A DNA stretch of 64,000 nucleotides, taken from the NCBI GenBank assembly GCA_051362555.1, contig CM120642.1, positions 16,368,001-16,432,000 on the forward strand, in the 5' to 3' direction. This document shows positions 49,021 through 63,882 of this stretch, one piece after another; positions within the stretch are counted from its first letter, which is position 1; every line of letters begins with the position of its first letter. This DNA comes from Lingula anatina (taxonomy: Eukaryota > Animalia > Brachiopoda). Made by a program: the position numbers and the translations under genes. The notes beneath the pieces are model-generated. The model searched no databases. It saw only the letters and a list, made by a program, of their open reading frames with translations, and had not been told where the DNA came from.

Positions 49021-52000
49021 ACTTATTTGCAATATAAAACAAAATTTACCTGCATAATTATCACTGCTTCCTTATTATTAATCCAGCAGAGAGCTTAACC
49101 TTTGGGAGTTTACAGGAAAATATCAACAAGTGTGCTTTATGTAATCTCATTTAATGGCCTATTAATTAGGCAAATGACTTTATAACTTTATAACTTAGCC
49201 TAGTGAGACCTAAGGGAAATTTACAGACTGACCCTCTCAAAGGTCTTCAGGCCCATAAGTCACACCCTTAAGAAATGCACAAAACAATAATGCACAAAAT
49301 AGGAGACTATCAATTCTGATACAATAATACATTATGTTTAACTGCACAGTCAACATCAAATGTTTTAAAATTATGCACAACAGGTAACACCGACGAAAGT
49401 AAAAGCATAAGGCTTCAGGCCCATCAGAGTTCAAGTTTATACTTAGAAAGTGCCAAAATGAGAAAAATGAAAATTTCACAAAAAATGCATAAATTTAATA
49501 AAAGTGATAATCTAATAGAGCTGGTTTTCTAATATGAGCTGTATGTCAATCCTAAGAATCATTCTTGTAAGACTAGTTGAAAAAATAGAAAGTAACAGTT
49601 TTCTTTCTATAATGTTAATGGTGGCAGTGTACAAAAGAGGTTTCTTGTCAATTTTGATGCAACATTACATAATGATTAACTATATAAATACCACCAATTT
49701 TTAAATATCTACTATTAAAAACATGGACATTAAAAAAAGGTGATTACCAAGGGAGCTCTAAGTCCCACATTGAAAATTCCAGTATGTGAAAGATAAAAAT
49801 TTTCACAAAAAACCTCTATAACTTCCAGAAAATTAACTAATGAGACAGATTTTCCAACTGAAGCTGTATTTCAGTCCTATGTTTCTTTCCTTTAAGTGTA
49901 AAAAGAGCAAGTGACATGGTTTTCCTTTCACGGTCACTAAGAAGGCAGTGCCTAAAATAGGGTTTTGTTCAATTTTGATGCAATATTACATAATGCTTAA
50001 CAGCATAATAACCATCAGTTTTTTAATGATAAAATAAAACTATCATGGATATTCACAAAATGTGCCTAGCCCATAGAGTTCAGAAACACTTTGAAAATCC
50101 CAAAATCTAAACAAGAGAAACTGTATTAAAAAGAGTTTATTTCCATTTTCAATACCTTTTTTACATGAAAAAAAATAATCGATTTACTGTCATTTTTATG
50201 TGATCAATTAAAATATGTTGTCAAAGGAAAAATATCAATAGAACAAATTTAAATGTCCAACTTGCTCCATTCTGAGATTCTAAACTTAGTGAATGATTGA
50301 ATCTGACGAACTTCAATGATATGAGTTCCCTTCCATTTTTGATACTTTATTACACAATGCACAATAAAAGGTGTACTGTCATTTTTATATAATCAACTAA
50401 CAATATTTTTAAGAAGCAGAAATGTCAAAACAACACTTTTACATATCTAATTTGTTCCATATTGAGACTGTTAACATGCCTAAGAATTAAATCTGAAGAA
50501 AAGCCACTTATATGCAAAAAGGCTAATAACTTCATCAAAACTTAACTGATCAAGCTTATTTTCAAACTTGATCTGTATATTAGTCAGACTGATCACTCCT
50601 GTAAGTTTCAAGACAAAAGGCTGATTGGTTTTCCTTAAAATGTGTTATCAGTGTTGCATATATGCTGAATAATGGAAAACAAGGCAGCAAAGCTGTCAAA
50701 TGTGCAGACAAAAAACAGAAAATAAAGATACAAAATACATGTAGGTCATTTTGTCAATTTTGATGCAATAATAAATAATGCTTATAATAACACAGTCAGT
50801 TAACACTGAATTTTAATCATGCACAACAGGTAACATGCTCAATAACAGGAGCAGATCCAGAGGTATTTTCTGACAGTATTCCAAATTATATTTGTTGATC
50901 CATCCTCCACTTTTGATGGTCTTCCAACAGAAAAAAAAATTGATAGCAGTCAATGTAAACTTTAAAATCTGACCATCATCTAAAAGACCCAGAAGACGGC
51001 CTCAATCCACCCCTGCAATAAGATTATAGTTTCTGGACCATGAGAGTTCAAATTCACATAATGAAAATCCCAATATTTGTTGACAGTGCATAAAATAATA
51101 TTACATATTGTTTAAAGACATATAAACCTATGCAACTGCTTATGTGGAAATACAGAAAATCTGAAGAGCTTCAGGTGGATGGGAGTTGAAAATGCCAGTG
51201 TTTAGAAAAAAAATTAAAAAGAAAACACAACAAAAAAAAAAAAAAAAGAAAAAAAATTCCAATAAAGCTGCTATTCAAACTTTTAATCTTGCTGTATTAA
51301 CATGATATGAACAATCCCAATGTGTTTGAGGATAATAAGGCACTGTTATCCATCTAAAGCATTAATGTTGGCATTACACAATTTTTTTCTTTTGTAAACT
51401 TATTTGCAATATTAAACAACATTTACCTGCATAATTATCACCAATTCCTAATTATGTGACACAGTTAAGAGAGCTTAACCTATAGGACTTGAATGGGAAA
51501 TCTCAACGTGTGTTTTATGTAATCTTATTTAATGGGCACTTGAAAATCAATTAGGCAAGTAATTTTATAGCTCTGAATTTAGCTAGTGATTATCCCAAGG
51601 GACAATTACCACCATCCATAAACAGTAGCCCCATATACTGTAACACTCCATAGAGCTGCATTGCTTCCAAAACAGAAAACAATCACACTGATTTCCAACA
51701 CAAGCTACACTTCAGTCCTATGAAACTTTTCAGTAAGTTAGAATATCATAAGTAAAATGGTTTTTCCTTAATGGTCATCCCAGCAGCGATGTCCAAAAAA
51801 GTTTTTTTTTCATCTTTTATGCAATTTAACATAATGCTTAACAGCACAATGGCCATCAATTTTTAATAATAAAGTAAATGTATCATAGCTATTCAAAAGA
51901 TGTGACTAGCAATGGTATTCAAGCCAATTGAAGTTCAAAGACTAAGTCACACCTTGAAAATGTCCATATGTGAAAATTTTAATTGTAACAAAAAACTATA

Positions 52001-55000
52001 TAATTTCCAAGAAAGTTAACCAATATAACAGGTTTTCCAACTGAAGCTATAATTTAGTGCTATGCTACATTTCTGTAAGTTTGAGAAGAGTGAGTGACTT
52101 GGTTTTCCTTTAATGGTCACTATGGAGGCATTGTCTAAAATGGGGTTGTCTTCAATTTTGATGCAATATTACATTATGCTTAACAGCATAATGACCATCA
52201 ATTTTTAATAATAAAATAAAAGTATCATGGATATTCAGAAAATTTGATATGGAAAGGTCTTCAGGTCCATGGAAGTTCAGAGTCACAACTTCAAAATGCC
52301 AAAATGTACACAAGAGATAACTGTACTGAAATTAATTTCTTTCAACTTTCAACACTTTTTTTACATATATCAAAATAATCAATTTACTGTCGTTTTTAAA
52401 TGATCACTTAAGAAAGTTGTTGACATAGGAAAAATATCAATAGAACAATTTTAAATGTCCAATTTGTTCCATTCTGAGATTCTGAACATGGTGAATGATT
52501 GAATCTGACAAACTGTAAAGATATGAGTTTATTTCCATTTTTGATACTTTATTACACAATGCACAATAACAGGTTTACCATCATTTTTATATAATCAACT
52601 AACAATATTGTTAAGATGCAGAAAATGTCAAAAGAACACCTTTACATTACTAATTAGTTCACAAATGTGATTGTTAACATGGCTAAGAATTAAATCCGAG
52701 GAAAAAAGACTTATATACAAAAAAAGGCACAATTTCACCAAAACTGAACCGATCAAGCTTATTTTCGAACCTCATCTGTATTTTAGTAAATCTGATCACC
52801 CCTGTGAATTTCAAGATGATTGGCCAATTGATTTTCCTTGAAATGTGTTATCGGTGTTGCACATATGCTGAAATAGTGAAAAAACAGCATAACTTCCATA
52901 AAAATGTCCCGATCAGGCTGATTTTCGAACCTGACCTGCGTATTATGAATATTCATCATTTCAGTAACTTATAAGCCAAAAAGTAAAACAATTTTTCGCT
53001 TATCGTGTTATCGGTGTTGCATTTATGCTGAGAAAAATGAAACAAGGCAGCAAAGCTGTCAAATGTACAGACAAAAAACAGAAAAAAAAAGATGCAAAAT
53101 AGGTCATTTTGTCAATTTTGATGCAATAATAAATGCTTATAATAGCACAGTCAGTCAACGCTGATTTTTAATCTTGCACAACAGGTAACATGGTCAATAA
53201 CAGGAGCAGATCCAGAGATATTTTCTGACAGTATTCCAAAGTATCTTTGTTGATCCATCTTCCATTTTGATGGTCTTCCAACAGAAACTCGTTAATATAA
53301 ACTTTAAAATCTGACTGTCTTCCAGGAGACCCAGAAGATGGTCTCATTCCACCCCTTCAATAAGATTACAGTTTCAGGACCATGAGAGTTAAAATTCACA
53401 TGATAAAAGTCCCAATATATGAAAAATGATGACAATGCATAAAATAATATTACAGCATGTTTAAAGACATAAATACCAATACAACTGCTTATGTGGAAAT
53501 ACTGAAAATGTGCATGCAGAGCCTCAGGTGGATGGGAGTTAAAAATCACATCTTAAAAATGCCAGTGTTGGAGAAAAAATTAAAAAGAAAACAACAAAAA
53601 TATAATTCCAATGAATCTGCTATTCACTGCTTCCTTATTATGGACACTATGTTATCTAGCAGAGAGCTTAACCTTTGGGAGTTTACAGGGAAATATCAAC
53701 AAGTGTGCTTTATGAAATTTCATTTAATGGCCGCTTAATTAGGCAAATTAGTTTATAGCACTGAAATTAGCCAAGTGAATACCCAAGGGGAATTTACAGA
53801 CTGACCACACAAATTTGTCTATTAAAGGTCTTCAGGCCCATAAGTCACACCTTAAGAAAAGCAGAAAACAATAATGCACAAAATAAAACAGGAGACTGCC
53901 AATTCTGATGCAATAATACATTATGTTTAACTGCACAGCCAACATCAAATTTTAATTATGCACAACAGGTAACACTGATGAAAGTAAAATGCTGAAAATT
54001 TTGAAAAAAAAACATCATAACTTCCCTAAAATTGGCCGGATTATGCTGAATTTCGAACTTGACCTGCGTATTATGAATATTTATCAGTTCTGTAAGTTTC
54101 AAGCCAAAAAGTAAAACAGTATTTCACTTATCGTGTTATCGGTGCTACATAAATGCTGAAAAAAGTGAAACAAGACAGCACTGCTCTGAAATGGGTTTGT
54201 TTCCATTTTTAAGACTTTTTTAACATAAAACAAAATAAACAGTTTACTGCCATTTTTATATGACCAACTAAGAAAATTGATGAGATGGAAAAAATATCAA
54301 TAAGACAGTGTTATATGTCCAATTTCCTCCATTATGAGATTCTGAACATAGTGGATGATTGAATCTGACAAACTGCAATAATATATGTTTATTTCCATTT
54401 TTGACACTTTATTACACAATACATGATAACAAGTTTACCATCATTTTTACAAAATCAACTAACAATGTTGTAAAGATGCAGGAAATGCCAAACAAACACA
54501 TTTAAGTATCTTATTAGTTCAATAATGAGACTGTTAACATGCCTAAGAATTGAATGTGAGGAAATGTGAAAAAACAGCATAACTTCTAAAATAATGGACC
54601 GATTATGCTGATTTTCCAACTCAACCTGCGTTTTAGTAAGATTTGCCACTCCTGTGAGTATAATGACAATTGGCCTATCTGTTTTTCTTATATTGTGTTA
54701 TCAGTGTTGCATATATGCTGAAAAAAAGTGAAAAAATAGCCTAAATTCACTAAAAATGACCCAATCATGCTGATTTTCAAACTTGACCTGCGTATTATAA
54801 ATATTCATCAGTTCTGTAAGTTTCAAGCCAAAGGGTAAAACAGCTTTTCATTTATTGTGCTATCGGTGCTGCATATATGCTGAAAAAAGAGAAAAAATAG
54901 CCTAAATTCACTAAAAATCACCTAATCACGCTGATTTTCGAACTTGACCTGCATATTATGAATATTCATCAGTTCTGTAAGTTTCAAGCCAAAAGGTAAA

Positions 55001-58000
55001 ATGGTTTTTTTACTTATCGTGTTATCGGTGATGCCTATATGCTGAAAAAAGTGAAAAACAGCATAAATTCCCTATAAGTGACCCGATCATGCTGATTTTC
55101 GAACTTGACCTGCGTATTATGAATATTTATCAGTTCTGTAAGTTTCAAGCCAAAAGAAAAAACAGTTTTCCACTTATCCTGTTATCGGTAAAAGTGCACG
55201 GCGACGACGGCAACGACGGCGACGGCGACGACAGACGCAGATGACGGCTATATGTACAGACACATCTGTGTCTGTACATAAAAATAGCATAACTTCCACA
55301 AATATGGCCCGATCATGCTGATTTTCAAACTTGACCTGCGTATTATGAATATTCATCAGTTTTGTAAGTTTCAAGCCAAAAAGTAAAATGGTTTTCCACT
55401 TATCATGTTATCGGTGCTGCATATATGCTGAAAAAAGTGAAAAAACAGCATAACTTCCACAAATATGGCCCGATCATGCTGATATTCGAACTTGACCTGT
55501 GTATTAAGCATATTCATCGGTTCAACACAAAAGGTAATACGGTTTTTCACTTATCGTGTTATCGGTGTTGCATTTATGCTGAGAAAAATGAAAAAAAAGC
55601 ATAACTTCCACAAATATGGCCCGATCATGCTGATTTTCAACTTGACCTGCGTATTATGAATATTCATCAGTTTTGTAAGTTTCAAGCCAAAAAGTAAAAT
55701 GGTTTTCCACTTATTGTGTTATCGGTGCTGCATATATGCTGAAAAAAGTGAAAAAACAGCATAACTTCCCTACAAGTGACCCGATCATGCTGCTTTTCAA
55801 ACTTGACCTGCGTATTATAAATTTTTATTAATTCTGTAAGTTTCAAGCTGAAATGAAAAACAGTTTTCCACTTATCGTGTTATCGGTAAAAGTGCACGGC
55901 AACGACGGCGATGGCGACGACGGCGACGACAGACGCAGGTGATGGCTATATGTACAGACACATCTGTGTCTGTACATAAAAACAGCATAACTTTAAATTT
56001 GTAAAAATAGTCCAATCAAGCCAATTTTCGAACTTGACCTAAGTATTATGAATATTCATCAGTTCTGTAAGTTTCAAGCCAAAAGGTAAAATGGTTTTCC
56101 ACTTATCGTGTTATCAGTGCTGCATATATGCTGAGAAAATGCAGAAAATGGTTCATTTTGTTAATTTTGATGCAATAATAAATCATGCCTACAATAGCAC
56201 TGTCAATCAACACTGAATTTTAATCATGCACAACAGGTGACATCGTCAATAGCAGGAGCGGATCCAGAGATATTTTCTGACAGTATTCCAAATTATCTTT
56301 GTTGATCCATCCTACATTTTTGATGGTCTTCCAACAGAAAAAAACAGACACCCATCAATATGAACTTTAAAATCTGAAAGACCCAGAAGACGGCCTCAAT
56401 CCACCCCTGCAATAAGATTACAGTTTCAGGACCAAATTCACATAATGAAAATCCCAATATTTGAATAATGATGACAATGCATAAAATAATATTACATAAT
56501 GTTTAAAGACATAAAAACCAATGCAACTGTTTATGTGGAAATACAGAGAATGTGAAGAGCTTCAGGTGGATGGGAGCTGAAAATGCCAGTGTTTGAATAA
56601 TAAATTAAAAAGAAAACACAACAAAAATATCCCATTAAAGCTGCTATTTAAACTTTTAATCTTGCTGTAATAACATGATATGAATAACCCCAATGTGTTT
56701 GAGGATAATAAGGCACTGTTATTCAAATATATTTTTTTTTCTTTTGTTAACTCATTTGCAATACTAAACAACATTTACCTGCATAATTATCACAGATTCC
56801 TAATTATGTGACACAGTTAAGAGAGCTTAACCTATGGGACTTTACTGGGAAATCTCAACGTGTGTTATATGTAATCTTATTTAATGGGCACTTGGAAATT
56901 AATTAGGCAAATGATTTTATAGCTCTTAATTTAGCTTGTGACTACCCCAAGGGACAATTACCACCATCCATAAACAGTAGCCCCATATAGCACTCTATAG
57001 AGCTGCATTGCTTCCAGAACAGAAAACAATCACTCTGATTTTCCAACACAAACTGCACGTCAGTCTTACAAAACTTTTCAGTAAGTTTGAGTATCATAAG
57101 TAACATGGTTTTTCCTTAATGGTCATTCCGGCAGCCATTTCCAAAATAGGGTTTTCTTCAACTTTTATGCAATATAACATAATGACCATCAATTTTTAAT
57201 AATAAAATAAAAGTATCATGGATATACAGAAAATGTGACATGGAAAGGTCTTCAAGGCCATGGAAGTTCAGAGTCACACTTTCAAAATGCCAAAATGTAC
57301 CTGTATACAAGAGATAACTGTATTGAATTGATTTTCTTCCATTTTCAACACCTTTTTTTCATATAACAAAGTAATCAATTTACTGTCATTTTTAAATGAA
57401 CTACTGAGAAAATTGTTGACATAGGAAAAATATCAATAGAACAATTTTAAATGTCCAGTTTGCTCCATTCTGAGATTCTGAACATGGTGAATGATTGAAT
57501 TTGACAAACTGTAAAGATATGAGTTTATTATTATTTCTATTTTTTGACACTTTATTACACAATTACAGGTTTACCATCTTTTTTATATAATCAACTAACA
57601 ATATTGTTAAGATGCAGAAAATGTCAAAAGAACACCTTTACATATCTAATTAGTTCACAGATGAGATTGTTAACATGCCTAAGAATTAAATCAAAGGAAA
57701 AAACACTTATATACAAAAAAGGCATAACTTCACCAGAACTGAACCAATAGAGCTAATTTTCGAACTCCATCTGTATTTCAGTAAGACTGATCACCCCTGT
57801 AAATTTCAAGACAATTGGCCAATTGATTTTCCTTGAAATGCGTTATCGGTATTGCATACATGCTAAAAAAAGTAAAAAAAAAACAGCATAACTTCCATAA
57901 AATTGGTCCAATCACGCTGATTTTCAAACTTGACCTGTGTATTATGAATAGTCATCAGTTCTGTAAGTTTCAAGCCAAAAGGTAAAACGGTTTTTCACTT

Positions 58001-58414
58001 ATCGTGTTATCAGTGTTGCATATATGCTTAAAAAAAATGAAAAAAGAGCATAACTTCCATAAAAATGCCCCGATCATGCTGATTTTCGAACTTGACCTGC
58101 GTATTATGTATATTCATTAGTTCCATAAGTTTCAAGCCAAAAGGTAAAACGGTTTTTCACTTATCGTGTTATCGGTGTTGCATATATGCTGAAAAAAGTG
58201 AAAAAACAGCATAACTTCCATATAGATGGCCATATCATGCTGATTTTCGAACTTGACCTGCATATTATGAAAGCTCATCAGTTCTGTAAGTTTCAAGCCA
58301 AAAGGTAAAACGGTTTTTCACTTATCATGTTATCGGTGGTCAAAGTGCACGGCGACGACGACAGACGCAGGTGATGGCTATATGTACAGACACATCTGTG
58401 TCTGTACATAAAAA
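49021..58414 (-). mobile_element. Cluster of nested HINE elements of the same family
   Basis: 3' termini at 50677 and 53040; 5' termini (tatgtacagacacatctgtgtctgtacataaaaa plus (gacggc)n) ending at 55284, 55982 and 58414. Many ~161-bp monomers; reverse complement of 24429-28947. Confidence 0.88.
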
Positions 58415-58545
58415 GAGATTTTGAAATATTTTCAAATACGCACGATATTCCTGTAAGAACGAGCTAAGCGATTTGTCAGATTTAAAGTAGAGACAACACT
58501 AAAAAACGCACTCTTCTTTATTACCAAACTGTCTCTTGGCATATT

Positions 58546-58583
<38 letters not shown>

Positions 58584-59390
58584 AAGTGCAAATTTCCCTG
58601 AAATTTTCCTTTTTTGCCCCAAAAGTTCACTCCTCGTGTTCATATTTGCAGGGCCACCCAATTAAATACTGGATACTATCAAAGTTTTCAAGTGAATATA
58701 GACCCGCCACCTGCCCCGGCAATCTCTTTTGAATTCTTTATTTTAAATGCCCACGTCTTACGCTTCAAATTAAATTTTTTTCTCACGTTGATACACCTAT
58801 TTCAGATTCCAATTAGCAATAAACATGGTAGTTGCTCAATCAAATAAAGGCACATATTTCTTCTAGCACTTTTTTGATAGTGCATCAATTCCTGAGTTGC
58901 CACAGACCAACAAAGACAATGCAACTTCATATTGAATGTTACATTTATTGTCGAATTGTATACATATTCTCGATGATCAACCTCTAAAATCACCGTTATG
59001 ATATCATTTCGGGATAATGGACATGAAAAATCTAAACACAAAAATATAAAAGGACTCTTCCAATGATTCGTTAAGTATGATGTATGTACACTCTAGGTGA
59101 AAGTCCTTCATCAAGAAAAGAGGTAGAAGAGTTTCATTTCTTTTTTTTAAACTTTTTAAAGAAAGAGTATGATCGCTTAGTTAAACATTGTATTGTATTG
59201 TATTTACAACAACGCCCTTTATCCAAGATCACCTTCTAATTTGAGAACAACTGGTGGTTGATATACATACAAAGATCTGAAAAAAATATCCTTTACAAAA
59301 ATGGCAAGCCTATTTTATACAGGCTTGACACGAAACTTCTCAGTAAGTTTTATTTGTAATATTTTACTTTCAACCAAGTCCTCTTTCTAT

Positions 59391-62300
59391 TCAATATTTC
59401 CCTCTTTTACTTCTAGAATCTCCCTCTTCACCCATTTTCTTTCTCTTCTGGATAATATTTTGAATTTTCTGCCATTCACGATCTAATTCTGCTTTCTCAT
59501 CCTTGGGCCCGGCGCGTCTTGTCTTCCTGCCGTCTGCCATTTTGACTCCATATTGGAAAGCAGCCCTGGAGTTGAAACGATTACCAATGTTCACAAAACC
59601 AGACCACAGAATCACACTTATATTCAAACAAATGTTTCATAACACTATTTAAGAAAGCAAGTGATTTAATCAATTATTAAAAAGACCAAAAAAGCAATTA
59701 ATAAAAGAACTTGAGACGATCACCAATGTTCACAAAACCAGACCACAGAGTCACACTTTTATTCAAACAAATGTTTCATAACACCATTTGAGAAAGCAAA
59801 TGATTTAATCAATTATTAAAAAGACCAAAAATGCAATTAATAAAAGAACTTGAGACGATCACTAATGTTCACAAAACCAGACCACGAAATCAAACTTAAA
59901 TTCCAACTAATGTGAGTGATTTAATCAATGAGTATAAAAAAGCATTCAGAAAATTAAAAACTTACTTTGGAAGAGCCTCCTTGTTAGCCATGTAGTCACT
60001 GTACTCCTCCTGTGTGTCAAAGTCCCAGCGTCCCACTGGCCCCTTCTTGTTACCCATGTCCATCTTGGTGTAGTCTACTTCATCATCAGAGTCAGCAATG
60101 GCATCGTCTGCTTCCTCCATACTACAATAGATCATAGATAATTTGGCACATTTCTTCCAAATTGTGGAAATGTACTGTAAACAAAATTTCAAGGAGAAAG
60201 CTTTCTGTGCAATAACATCTACATTTATGACTCTTATAACATATACCCATCGAACTGTTAGGATTTAGTAATGCAGTATCAAAAACATTCTTGAGTAATA
60301 TCGATTAACATTTGTATTTTTGAGAATGAAATTAAGACAGAGACTGAGTAAGAGATGTCAAGAGACAGCAAAACAAAGAGAGAAAGAGAGAGCGAGTGAG
60401 CTTGTACATCCGTCTTACCCTGGATAACATTCAGCATAACTATCAATTTCTGTCTTCCTTTTCAGTTTTTTCAGCAACTCTCCTCCTTGTTTCACCCTGA
60501 AACAAAACGAAGTCCCTCGGTCCATAAAAGTCATAATGCAGAAAGAAGTATGTGTAAAAACAGCTTGCTTATCAAAAGTTTAACATTTGATATTGTCATT
60601 GTTGACCTTTCTACACCTTGACAGATGATGGCTGCATGAAACATTATGAGCAGGCGATGTATACATGTATAAATACACAGAAATTTAACAAGCAACTACA
60701 AACAAACAAAAATAATATTTAAATAATAACAAATAAATAAATTATTAAATAATAAAAGTATCAAAAAAGAATTTGTCTTACGGTTTTGTATCTGGACCCA
60801 GTCCTGCAGTTCTCCCCAGTCCAGCCTCACGCTCCAGGTCTGCAGGAGCCCAACCCTGAATACAGTAATAAAACCACATTAAGGCAATGCTAATTTGTCC
60901 CACTTATGTTTGGGGTAGGGCTAACACTCGACAATTTAGCCAAAATGCTAAAACCTACCTAAATTGGCTAAACAAAAAGGGCTCGATTTGACTTGTTTTA
61001 GTCAAATTATAACCATTTGGACAACAGATAAACAACAAAGTAGCAATTTGGCTAAGGGAAAAAAATGCTAGCACTACAACAGTATGTGAATATACAAGTT
61101 CTGCAAAGAGTCATATATGTTTCATCTAATAAAAAAGTCATTACGCAAAATTTGATTTAGTAAGATAAACAATTGGTAACTGTAGTTAGCTGAGCTGTGA
61201 AACTAGCCTTTTGTTATGTGAAAAGATGTTATACCTTCGAGAATTTCTCATTTATTGATTTCACCAGTTCTTTTGCTGATTCTGGACCCTTTTCTCTTTC
61301 CTCTTCCTGTAAGGACAAAACAAATGTTTTACTACCAAGTACCGAGGTTAAGTACATCAATAATAAATTGAAAGTCTGTGAGCTTTGAAACTGTCATTAA
61401 CTGTATATCATATGCATATGAAGCAATAATCTTGTCTGAGTTCTTCACAGAAAATCTTACAAAGCCTAGGCAACTTTTAGTTGAATCAGAGAAAAATCCC
61501 TGACCACTACACAAATTTGTACAATAAACTCACTTCTTCAAGTGGTTTCTCAAAGTAATTTCTCTTCTTGTCTCTGTCCCTTCCTCTGTCTCTGTCATGT
61601 CCTCTATCTCGGTCTCCGCGGTCTCTGCCACGCTCGCGGTCACGGTCGTGATCTCTGTCTCTGCGTTCTCTACAAAATGTACACAGGGTTTTCATCATAG
61701 TACAGTAAGACAACTGCTGACATGAAAATCAGCCTCATAACACATTTTTGTTGATAAATTTATTCTTGCATCTCTGTATAAAACCAGCAGTATCTGTAAT
61801 AGTCATGGTAAAATTCATTCAAAACTTTGGCTGTGTAAAATAAAACAAATTTGAAAAGTGTATTTTCTTTGCCATTCGAACAGATTTGCTAGTTATACTG
61901 TGACACTCAACATTCAAAAGCAAACAAGACCCAAGTAAGTGGTTTTTCTGCCATGAGTAATTAACAGCCAATGCTTTAAAAAGTAAACAGTTTTATTTTT
62001 CTCTACCTGTCTCTATCTCTATCCCGATCTCTATCCCGGTCTCTATCCCTGTCCCTGTCTCTGTCCCGTCTATCACGTTCTTTCTTTTCCTTTGCTGAGG
62101 TATAAGCTGGATTGTAATCACCAATGTCTCCATAGATACTGTAAAGGAGTAAAAGTATTTTGAAGATCTGAAGATTACAAATGTTATCTCCTAAATAATA
62201 TGATATTATTGAAAACTTATAATTTATGTGCCTTATTTTCTTTTAACATTAGCATGCAATGGTTGAAAAGCAACATAAAAGACTCAAATCCTTTAAGCAT

Positions 62301-63882
62301 ATTCAAAATAATGAATGGAATGAACATATCTATAAAAAGAAGGAAACTTAACTAAAGAATTCTTTTATTTTGTCAAAATATATTACTTTAATGATGCAAT
62401 CATCTGAATAATATGCTTACTTATCATCAGCACCTTGCAGCTTCTCCTTTACCTTCTCCTCCTTAATTTTTCCTGCAAAAATATCAATGTGTGCATGTCA
62501 ACCAATAATCACAAACAATAAGGATGTGGGATGACCTCCTCTCTCTCTCTGCATCATAAGAAATGGAACAATTGATACAGAAAATACCTAGTGCATTACG
62601 ATCAAACAGATCTCCTTTATTATTAATTCAGTGATTGTCTTTGGTTTGTCAGTACATGGTTCTATAAGACATAACTAAGCTTCTTCATTAAATATTGCCT
62701 TTACATCACTTTCACCTTTTTCTTTCAGTTTCTTTTTCTTGTCCCTCCTTCCTTGCCTCAAATAGGACAGAATCTGAGTTAGTTTGTTGATGACAATGTC
62801 ATTGGTGGTCAGAGTAGTGGTGGACTGAAACATAATACAAAATGTCTCAAGGTTTATATAAGTAAAAAAAAAACAAACAAACTGAGATAACAGTTATGTT
62901 TGGCTGAGGCGTGGGCATACATTGCCAAAGGAGGAAAGTATGTCACTGTGTCAGAAAATAATGAAGAGGTGGGGAGGGGGGGGGGGGATTTTTCATTGAA
63001 ATAGTCCATGCCTCCCAACCATGACCCTGGGGAGAGGAGGGGGGGGAGAGGTTAGTGGAAAGAAAACCATTTTTAAAATCCCTGCTGTCGAAGGATACCC
63101 TGTTACCTCTACATTGGGGCAGTCAGCTTTGCTCCTGATGAGGGTGGTGGGGATGTCTGTCTCTGCATACTCGTCCTCAACGTCTACAACATATGCCATA
63201 CGCTTGGGACCAAACAATTCATTCCTCTCTGGGGCTTTCTGCTTGAACAGGACTCGGAAAATATTTCTGGCTGAAAATATGAAAACATATCATAAGTGCA
63301 TAGTTTAATCTTTGAAGACTTTCAAGAAAATATCATACTGGGTTGGTAAAGAATATTTTAGTCCAGTTTAAGATCGGTGTTAAATATGTCTTACCTATTG
63401 GTGTCTTCAGCTCCACTTTTTCCTCTTCAGATGTCTCTTCCCTGTGAAAACATTAGAATAAATGGCGTTACACAAGGCATTCATGTGGACCTATCACCAA
63501 TATCTTCTTTATACTGAACAAGGAGAGTCTGAGTAACCTTGACTTCTTCCACAAATATAACTTCAGTTGGGGAACTAGACAGTGTTAATACATTACAATG
63601 CCAACAATACAATGCCAACAATATATACAATTTTCATGGGTAAAGTATTCCAACCCGAACCCATTCCAACCAGAATGCCAGTATTAATATCATTTTAAGA
63701 AGTTGCAACAATGAAACTAAACTCTAGTGCAATTTTATTTATTCCTTATTCTTCTCCACTGTCAACTAGGCAAGAAGACAGTCTATAGAACAAAGAACAA
63801 TCTGCCCTTACTTTGCCTGCACCAACATGTCGTCCAGCACTGCTTCATCTTCTTGTTCTTTGCTGGAAATCTCTGCTCGCAC
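59391..63882 (-). CDS. IK: Protein RED / IK spliceosomal factor, C-terminal part (5' exons beyond the right edge)
   Basis: Phase-consistent exons 63812-63882, 63395-63441, 63107-63270, 62716-62824, 62421-62472, 62007-62138, 61534-61669, 61235-61306, 60782-60855, 60419-60496, 59966-60121 and 59391-59565. Motifs DIPTTLIRSKADCP, RD/RE repeat, DSYAECYPG, GNKKGPVGRWDFDTQEEYSDYM, AAFQYGVKM. Confidence 0.97.
59575..59930. repeat. 139-bp tandem repeat, ~2.5 copies, in the last IK intron
   Basis: ac(c/t)aatgttcacaaaaccagaccac at 59583, 59722 and 59861. Confidence 0.9.

Noticed and set aside
61570-62080. Purine/pyrimidine microsatellite-like tracts
   Set aside because: They encode the normal RD/RE dipeptide repeat of protein RED.
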